This document shows positions 58,063 through 64,000 of a stretch of 64,000 bases of DNA, in pieces. A program made the translations under genes and the position numbers. Source of the stretch: Pontiella sp. (GTDB lineage: Bacteria > Verrucomicrobiota > Kiritimatiellia > Kiritimatiellales > Pontiellaceae); NCBI GenBank assembly GCA_050290185.1, contig JBNKHE010000007.1, forward strand, positions 128,001 through 192,000, read 5' to 3'. Each line of letters begins with the position of its first letter. Position 1 is the first letter of the stretch. The notes under the pieces are model-generated. The model made no database searches. It was not told where the DNA came from and saw nothing but the letters and a program-made list of their open reading frames with translations.

Positions 58063-60216
58063 ATGAAAAATAGAAAATCACTTGTTGTCACACTGATTGC
58101 TTTGTTGTTCGCGCTGCCGTCATTTGCGGCCAGCCTTAACCAAATATTCAACACCAGCCCATCTCCCATCACCAACAACAACGATGGAGTCAGCCAGTTG
58201 ATCAAAGTCAAAGGATCTTTGGCCGAAAACGACGTGCTCGTCTACGACGGCCTTGGAAACGTTGTTTCCGCCGGAGTCTCACCTACCAACTTGGTTGTTT
58301 CTAGCAACAGCTACACCAAGGCGGAATCAGACGCGCTTATTGCCACAAAAACCGATTCCGTTTCAAACGCGCTGTCTGTCGTGATCGGGTTTAAGCAAAA
58401 CGCCAACACGGCCAACGCCAACAACGCCACGCTCGCACAGGGCGATTTGGCAGATTCCTCTATCCAGCCTTCCGACCTGCTTTATACGGCCCAACTTGAT
58501 GGGTTGCAGCAACTGCTTACCTCGTCTGTTGGAACGAATGCAATTGCCACGTATGGTAAAAATGCCGAAATCATCAGTGTTAATTGCTTGGATTTCGATG
58601 GGACAAATTCATACGTGAAAATGCCATTCACCACGGATGTAGGAGCGTCCGACTTTTCATTCCACTGTACAATCAACCCGGATATTGTATCGGGCGCTGC
58701 CAAAACGATTTTTTCCCACGGAGAGGTATCAAGCAACAGCAGGAGTTGCTGGGTGGTATTAGCAAATGGCCTTTTATCCACTAGGCTTAGCGCCGACGGG
58801 ACGGCACAAACTGAAGTTATTGGCGGGACCGCGGTGCCAACAAATACATGGACTTCGTTATCCGCATACAAGACTGGATCCAGCATATTCTACTATTACA
58901 ACGGATCCCTTAATCTGGCGGGTACGACCGTATCGTCTCTTCGCAATTCTGGCGGCTACGCATACACAGGATCACGGTACTCAGGAACGGCGATGGACTA
59001 CCCATTCAACGGAAAAATATCGGATGTACACCTCGATATTCTTCCAACAACGCTCGATGTATATCTCTATATTGGACAATCGAATTGCGAGGGTAATCCA
59101 GGGGAGTATGGAACACTGCCGACCATTTTGCAGGGGGAAAACTTCCCGTTCTTCGAAGCCTCAATAAACCATGGGACGCAAACCAAGCGCGGAACCTTTC
59201 TCAAGCCGTTCAATTCCACGCAATGGGGGGCTGAGCTTGTATTTGGACAGGTTATCACCCAGCGTGCACAAAAGCGCATTGCAATTGTAAAGGTATCTAC
59301 TGGAGGTACTTCGCTGGCCGTTGATTGGCAGCCAGGGGGAGAGCAGTACACCCAACTAACAAACGCATGGGCAAATTTCGAGACTGACATGGCATCGGCT
59401 GGATATACGATTGGTGATGTGCGCGGGATTTGGATGCAAGGCGAGAAAGACGCCCAATCGAACTTGTGGGCGAATGCTTATGTCGAGAACTACGACAACA
59501 TGAATGCAAGCTTCGAAAACGATACTGGCGTAGAACTGGTAAATACCACATTTTGCCGCATAAACGACGAGGGCAACCCCGGGTCGGACAGAGTACGCGC
59601 AGCATTGGTTGAGCTTGGCAACCGACCGGGAAATACATGGATAGATACGGACTCGATGCCGCGTCGTCCAGACGGCGTGCACCTTGACCCCGATGGGTTG
59701 CAAGCTCTTGGTACGGCCATCGGCAATGCCGTTGTTGTCAATGCGGCAAACAATGCAGATCCGGTTTTCTGGAATGTTTATTCAGAAGGATCATCGACCA
59801 ATATTTACGACGTGTCCGGCAATACCAATACCGGCACCGCAGTCAGTGCATCATGGACAACATCCAGCGGAATCGAATCTTGGAACCACCTAAAAGGGTG
59901 GAGCATGAGAGGTGCAACGGATGCATATATACCGGCGTTATACAATCTTTCCGGAGACGCTTCTGGCGGTGCGCTACAGCACCTTGGCGGGTTTGTCCAC
60001 AACGGGAGCGAGTGTGACTTAATACTCTGGGATGGGTCCACCAACACCTACGTCAACCTACTGGAGTCGTCGTCCTACGCCTCTAATAGCGACCCAACAA
60101 ATCGGTACTCATCGGTTGGAACGGGCGGAAGAATAACGACATTTGCGGCATATACCAACAACCTTCCGGTTGCGTCGGATACCAGGCTGAAGGGCTTCTT
60201 GGAGTTGCAGAAGTGA
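58063..60216 (+). CDS. Signal-peptide-bearing LamG + SASA (SGNH carbohydrate esterase) protein
   Basis: Signal peptide ...ALPSFA; LamG LDFDGTNSYV...FNGKISDV; SASA GQSN, WMQGEKD, DGVH. Confidence 0.8.
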   Translation: MKNRKSLVVTLIALLFALPSFAASLNQIFNTSPSPITNNNDGVSQLIKVKGSLAENDVLVYDGLGNVVSAGVSPTNLVVSSNSYTKAESDALIATKTDSVSNALSVVIGFKQNANTANANNATLAQGDLADSSIQPSDLLYTAQLDGLQQLLTSSVGTNAIATYGKNAEIISVNCLDFDGTNSYVKMPFTTDVGASDFSFHCTINPDIVSGAAKTIFSHGEVSSNSRSCWVVLANGLLSTRLSADGTAQTEVIGGTAVPTNTWTSLSAYKTGSSIFYYYNGSLNLAGTTVSSLRNSGGYAYTGSRYSGTAMDYPFNGKISDVHLDILPTTLDVYLYIGQSNCEGNPGEYGTLPTILQGENFPFFEASINHGTQTKRGTFLKPFNSTQWGAELVFGQVITQRAQKRIAIVKVSTGGTSLAVDWQPGGEQYTQLTNAWANFETDMASAGYTIGDVRGIWMQGEKDAQSNLWANAYVENYDNMNASFENDTGVELVNTTFCRINDEGNPGSDRVRAALVELGNRPGNTWIDTDSMPRRPDGVHLDPDGLQALGTAIGNAVVVNAANNADPVFWNVYSEGSSTNIYDVSGNTNTGTAVSASWTTSSGIESWNHLKGWSMRGATDAYIPALYNLSGDASGGALQHLGGFVHNGSECDLILWDGSTNTYVNLLESSSYASNSDPTNRYSSVGTGGRITTFAAYTNNLPVASDTRLKGFLELQK

Positions 60217-60248
60217 GTAAATCAGCACGTGCTTGAAAGGGGGGTATA

Positions 60249-60503
60249 ATGCCTGAACATGTTAAGGTAAGCGCAGTGAGTGCCGTGGTCGGCGTATTCA
60301 TCACGTTCGGATCAATATTCATCGCCACCGGAAGCTACCGCCAAAAACTGGATGATACCTCCAAGGAAATTGTTCAGCACCGCGCGGATATAATTGCTTT
60401 GTATACCACGTCGAAGGGACTTGAGCACGACATCCAGGACATCAAGCAGATGCAGCAGGAATCCCGCGCGGACATAAAGACCCTGTTGATCAGAACAAAA
60501 TGA
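60249..60503 (+). CDS. Small TM + coiled-coil protein (lysis region)
   Basis: N-terminal TM helix; C-terminal DIKTLL. Confidence 0.55.
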   Translation: MPEHVKVSAVSAVVGVFITFGSIFIATGSYRQKLDDTSKEIVQHRADIIALYTTSKGLEHDIQDIKQMQQESRADIKTLLIRTK

Positions 60504-60541
60504 TTTCCGGCAATGGGGCCGGGATTAGTGGAGGTCAAAAA

Positions 60542-60826
60542 ATGAAGAAAAAGTTTAGCATGCTGATGGTATTGGCCGTTCTTGCCCTGGTGATGGCGGC
60601 TATGCCGTCGTTCGCCCAGGACGCGGGTGCCGAGGCCGTTGCCAGTGCATCGGATGGCGGCCTCTTGGCGTGGTTGTCCCGGAACATGGGCGCGGTGTTC
60701 GGAATCGTAACGGCAACGCTCGGGGTTCTGGCGATGGTCTGCAAGCTGACACCATCGCCGAGGGACGACGCAATCGTCGCCAAAATCCTTGGCTGGCTCA
60801 ACATGTTGCCGGTGAAAAGGCAGTAG
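60542..60826 (+). CDS. Holin-like membrane protein
   Basis: Hydrophobic helices; KLTPSPRDD motif; SD GGAGG. Confidence 0.55.
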   Translation: MKKKFSMLMVLAVLALVMAAMPSFAQDAGAEAVASASDGGLLAWLSRNMGAVFGIVTATLGVLAMVCKLTPSPRDDAIVAKILGWLNMLPVKRQ

Positions 60827-60827
60827 C

Positions 60828-61193
60828 ATGTTGAAGGCTGCTCTACTCGCATTGCAGGAGTGGCTGCACTGGCGGCGCGTCATGGCTGAGATCCAGGCGC
60901 GCCGCTTGGTTTTGACGGAGCTTGAGCGCGTCGAAAGGGAAATCGATGAAATCGAAGACGATATCGAAAAGCATCGCCGCAATGGCGATCATGCTGATGC
61001 TGACCGGTTGCTTCTCGCAATCTCGCGTAGAGCCTGTTTTGAGCGGGGGATACTTGACCTTGCGGAAGGGGCAGGTTTTCACCGCTCGGAAAGACTGCGT
61101 TTTGGTGGATCTGGAGATCGTGGAGCAGAAGGACGCGATAATCATCGATCTGATCCGGTCGCAACGGAAGCAGGAAGTGAAGCAGCTGGTTGA
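60828..61193 (+). CDS. Possible i-spanin (Rz-like) coiled-coil protein
   Basis: Coiled coil; hosts an overlapping lipoprotein ORF; weak N-terminal TM. Confidence 0.4.
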   Translation: MLKAALLALQEWLHWRRVMAEIQARRLVLTELERVEREIDEIEDDIEKHRRNGDHADADRLLLAISRRACFERGILDLAEGAGFHRSERLRFGGSGDRGAEGRDNHRSDPVATEAGSEAAG

Positions 61194-61197
61194 ATGA
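60946..61197 (+). CDS. Possible o-spanin (Rz1-like) lipoprotein
   Basis: Lipobox MLTGC; almost fully nested in another frame of 60828-61193; SD AAGGGA. Confidence 0.55.
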   Translation: MKSKTISKSIAAMAIMLMLTGCFSQSRVEPVLSGGYLTLRKGQVFTARKDCVLVDLEIVEQKDAIIIDLIRSQRKQEVKQLVE

Positions 61198-61442
61198 AAG
61201 CAATTACACTGTTCATTTTAATGTCGATCACCGGATGTGCAACGCGCGTCACAACCTGCACATGGGGTCCGGATCCCGGGAAAAACATCCTCAAAAAAAC
61301 CACGGTAAGCCATTCATGGTGGCTTGGTTTGCCAGCAATTGCACCGATGGATTCATCCGTTAAAGACGGAGAGTTCCAAGTCGAAACAAGAGCAATGAAA
61401 GTCCCGGACGGATGGTTCGGCGTCTACCGGGATCAAAACTGA
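61194..61442 (+). CDS. Small lipoprotein
   Basis: MKAITLFILMSITGC lipobox; last phage gene. Confidence 0.65.
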   Translation: MKAITLFILMSITGCATRVTTCTWGPDPGKNILKKTTVSHSWWLGLPAIAPMDSSVKDGEFQVETRAMKVPDGWFGVYRDQN

Positions 61443-61471
61443 TTTAGCTGGGCTCCTCCTCTCTCCCGGCG

Positions 61472-61502
61472 GCCTCCCTTGCTTCGGCGAGGGAGGTTTT
61501 TT
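61472..61502 (+). terminator. Rho-independent terminator at the end of the late operon
   Basis: GCCTCCCTTGC-TTCG-GCGAGGGAGGT plus T run. Confidence 0.85.
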
Positions 61503-61519
61503 ATTTCTCAGCATTGTAT

Positions 61520-61555
61520 ATAAACGAAATATAAACGGATATATATTGAATATAC
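61520..61555 (+). promoter_or_regulatory. Putative integrase arm-type sites (right arm)
   Basis: ATAAACG at 61520 and 61531, ATTGAATATA at 61545; match the left-end motifs. Confidence 0.55.
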
Positions 61556-61607
61556 GAAATACAGCGCAAAAACACCATAAAACAGCGTTTTTGATCCGAT
61601 TGTTTTA

Positions 61608-61782
61608 GGGTAAGAGCCCACCGCCCCAAGGGTAACCGAGGGGGCAGGGTAAACCCCGTCCGGAGCAAGATCAAATAGGGAATCGAGGAACGGCCCGTTC
61701 CGCAGGGGTTCCGGGTTGATCGCACTAGATAAATGATCGACTCCGCAAGGAGAACAGAATCCGGCTTACCGCCCTGACTGCT
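61608..61782 (+). pseudogene. rnpB: attR: displaced native 3' half of rnpB (L13 to the P1 3' strand)
   Basis: Homologous to 23807-23982; lacks the 5' half; ends CCCTGACTGCT, exactly complementary to the host 5' end AGCAGTCAGGG. Confidence 0.93.
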
Positions 61783-61783
61783 T

Positions 61784-62449
61784 TTATCCTTTTGGCAGCT
61801 TTTTTTGCTGGATCACTTCAAAGGCCAACCGCTCCAGAGCTTTGCCGTTGGGTAGATCCAGCTTGTTCTTGATATTGATGCGGTGGGTGTCGACCGTATT
61901 GCGGCTGATGTTGAGTTTTTCCCCGATGGTTATCGAGTCGTGACCTTCTCCCAACAGCTTGAAGATATCCATTTCGCGGTTGGACAGCGTGTCGAGCAGC
62001 GAATGTTTTCCCGACGTGCGACCGTTCATTTTCTTTTCGATCCGTTCCTGGATGTCGGGATGAAAGCAGAGGTTGCCGGCGAGTACGGAGCGGATGGCCT
62101 GCTTGAGCTCGGCGGGCGGCGTGGTCTTCATGACATAGCCGGTCGCCCCGGCCATTGCCGTCCGTTCCGCGAACAGACGCTCTTCGGACATCGTGTAGAC
62201 CAGCATTTTAAGTTTTGGGTAGGTGGTATGGATGCGCTGGATCAGATAAGTCCCGTCCGAGTCGCCCAGGGATAGATCAATGAGGGCCAGATCCGGCACA
62301 TCCGACTCGAGCAGCTCCATGGCTTCATTGGCCGAAAAGGCCATTCCAAGAATTTCCATATCGGGTTCGTTGGATAAGAGAATTTTCAACCCGTCATGAA
62401 TGATAGGATGATCGTCGATGACCATAACCGAATGCTTGTTGTTGTTCAT
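61784..62449 (-). CDS. NarL/LuxR-family response regulator
   Basis: IDDH, DLSL, GYVMK receiver motifs; LSNRE...ISRNTVDTHR HTH. Confidence 0.93.
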   Translation of the reverse strand: MNNNKHSVMVIDDHPIIHDGLKILLSNEPDMEILGMAFSANEAMELLESDVPDLALIDLSLGDSDGTYLIQRIHTTYPKLKMLVYTMSEERLFAERTAMAGATGYVMKTTPPAELKQAIRSVLAGNLCFHPDIQERIEKKMNGRTSGKHSLLDTLSNREMDIFKLLGEGHDSITIGEKLNISRNTVDTHRINIKNKLDLPNGKALERLAFEVIQQKKLPKG

Positions 62450-62544
62450 AATACCCCTATCTGAACTTCAATATTCAAGAATTTATTCTTTTTGGGAGGG
62501 GAAATGAAGAGATTTCTTGCGGAAACAAAGAGAAGCGACTGGTT

Positions 62545-63561
62545 TTACTTTGAGCAACAGCCGGATTTTTCCCGCTCGGGAAGCAGTCCTTTCACCAGGA
62601 TGGCCACAAGTATGGCGACCCATAGGATTTGCAGGGGTCCATGGCATTCGCCCGCATGGCAAACCTGATCCATCACACCCAGCCTGGGGGTGAAAAAATT
62701 CATGGCAAAGCCAGCGGCCAGAGCGCACAACGACAATGTTGCGAGAAAGACGGCAAGTTGCTTGCGGCCAATGATCTGCCATAGCGTTGTCAGTGTTGCG
62801 GCGTTGGTTGCCGGGCCGGTTATGAGGAATACAAGCGCGGCTCCCGGTGATATGCCTGCCTTAATGAAGGCCAGTGCAATCGGAACGGATGCTGAGGAAC
62901 AGACGTAAAGCGGGATGCCGATGCCGAGCATGAGCAGCATGGCAATCGGCGAATTACCAATGGTGTTGGTGAAAAAATTATCAGGAATGAGTCCGCTGAG
63001 GATTCCCGAAAGAATGATACCGATCACCACGGGCTTGGCAATGTCCCGCGGGAGGGAGATGAATCCGTAACTCAACATGCGCTGAATCATGGGCTTTTGA
63101 TTAGGCTGGCAGCATTCTTCCTGGCACTCTTCAGTTGCTTCCTCCTCATTCGGCGATGCGGCAGTAACCGCTATGCCGCAAATGATGCCGGATAGAAACG
63201 CCACGGCTGCCCGGAAAATGGCGAATACCCATCCAAGCAGGGCATAAGTGATCATCAGACTATCGATCCCCGTCTGGGGGGTAGATGCCAGAAAGGAGGC
63301 GGTTGCGCCGCGGCTGGCACCGTGTTTGCGTAGCGAGGCCGCCAGCGGGATAACGCCGCAGGAGCAGATGGGCATAGGTACGCCAACAAGCGCGGCCTTG
63401 AACGATCCCATCCATCCTCCTCCACCAAGGTGCCTGCGGACGTAGTCCTTGGATATGAGTACGGAAAGCACGCCCGCCATCAGAAAGCCAAACAGGAGGT
63501 AGGGCGCCATGGCCAGCGTGACGCTCCAGATTTCATTCAGGACTTTTAACAGGACGTTCAT
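62545..63561 (-). CDS. DUF318 permease (SO_0444-like metal transporter)
   Basis: PICSCGVIP, STPQTG, PLYVC, GPATN. Confidence 0.85.
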   Translation of the reverse strand: MNVLLKVLNEIWSVTLAMAPYLLFGFLMAGVLSVLISKDYVRRHLGGGGWMGSFKAALVGVPMPICSCGVIPLAASLRKHGASRGATASFLASTPQTGIDSLMITYALLGWVFAIFRAAVAFLSGIICGIAVTAASPNEEEATEECQEECCQPNQKPMIQRMLSYGFISLPRDIAKPVVIGIILSGILSGLIPDNFFTNTIGNSPIAMLLMLGIGIPLYVCSSASVPIALAFIKAGISPGAALVFLITGPATNAATLTTLWQIIGRKQLAVFLATLSLCALAAGFAMNFFTPRLGVMDQVCHAGECHGPLQILWVAILVAILVKGLLPEREKSGCCSK

Positions 63562-63623
63562 GAGCAAGGATAGTCTCGATTGGATTAGATGGGCTCAAGG
63601 ATTATTACGTTGAAATAGTTTTA

Positions 63624-64000
63624 TCAGCCGATGTGAACCGGTTTGCCGAGATACACGGGTTTGCGGTGGATAATATAGAGGTCGAGTATGGTTTTTACCC
63701 GCGCCAGCTGTTCCCGCAGCTGGGTGCGAAACCCGGCTCGGCTCGATACATCCGCAGCGCAATATCCAATGGCGTCAATCTGCTTTCGTTTTGCAATGAA
63801 TAGCGCTCGTTGTACATGGAATTGCTGTGAAATTATGGTGATCTGATCCTGACCAAACACCTTTCGGGCGCGCACTACAGAATCCATCGTACTGAATCCG
63901 GCATAATCGCAGATGATTTTTTCGGGAGGAATCCCAAGTTTCACCAGCGCGGCTTTCATGGCGCCGGCTTCATCATAGGTGGAAATATGGTTGTCTCCGC
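63624..64000 (-). CDS. sanA: SanA/DUF218 protein, 3' part (partial)
   Basis: GDN...YDE, DYAGFSTMDSVVRARKVFG, SQQFH, RE.LAR.K. Confidence 0.8.
   Translation of the reverse strand, partial: GDNHISTYDEAGAMKAALVKLGIPPEKIICDYAGFSTMDSVVRARKVFGQDQITIISQQFHVQRALFIAKRKQIDAIGYCAADVSSRAGFRTQLREQLARVKTILDLYIIHRKPVYLGKPVHIG

Larger units (their letters stand above)
23807..61627. mobile_element. Prophage (~37.8 kb, siphovirus-like, lambda GpA-type packaging) integrated in rnpB
   Basis: Bounded by direct repeats of rnpB sequence; contains integrase, repressor, terminase, portal, protease, capsid, tail tube and tape measure genes; no sheath gene recognised. Confidence 0.95.

Noticed and set aside
61608..61782. 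Second complete rnpB gene, or an assembly duplication
   Set aside because: The 5' half (GAGGAAAGTCC etc.) is absent, and the copies differ by structured compensatory changes that an assembly error would not produce.

Overview
Bacterial chromosome segment; the gene content and style suggest a PVC-superphylum organism, perhaps Kiritimatiellota/Verrucomicrobiota (inference). Positions 1-23.6 kb are host housekeeping genes: the 3' end of ftsQ, ftsA, a divergent ftsZ, a type II secretion pseudopilin/assembly cluster, dapL, glyQS, tlyA, rnc, mtaB, pyrE and others. The RNase P RNA gene (rnpB, ~23634-23982) follows. An apparently complete ~37.8 kb siphovirus-like prophage (tyrosine integrase, immunity switch, early genes, GpA-type terminase, head, tail, partial lysis cassette) is integrated in the middle of rnpB, at the P13/L13 hairpin. 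The phage supplies its own ~176-nt replacement for the 3' half of the ribozyme, and the displaced host 3' half lies at 61608-61782. The two halves differ mostly by compensatory changes that preserve the fold, so the lysogen appears to use a host/phage chimeric RNase P RNA. Other notable prophage features are a peptide deformylase, an ASCH/tandem FtsK-gamma protein, a dispersed CACAGAG repeat at gene junctions, a 24-bp inverted repeat inside the putative replication gene, signal-peptide-bearing genes in the virion region, and no recognisable endolysin. Host genes resume after 61.8 kb. All product calls come from motif recognition by eye; no database searches were run.
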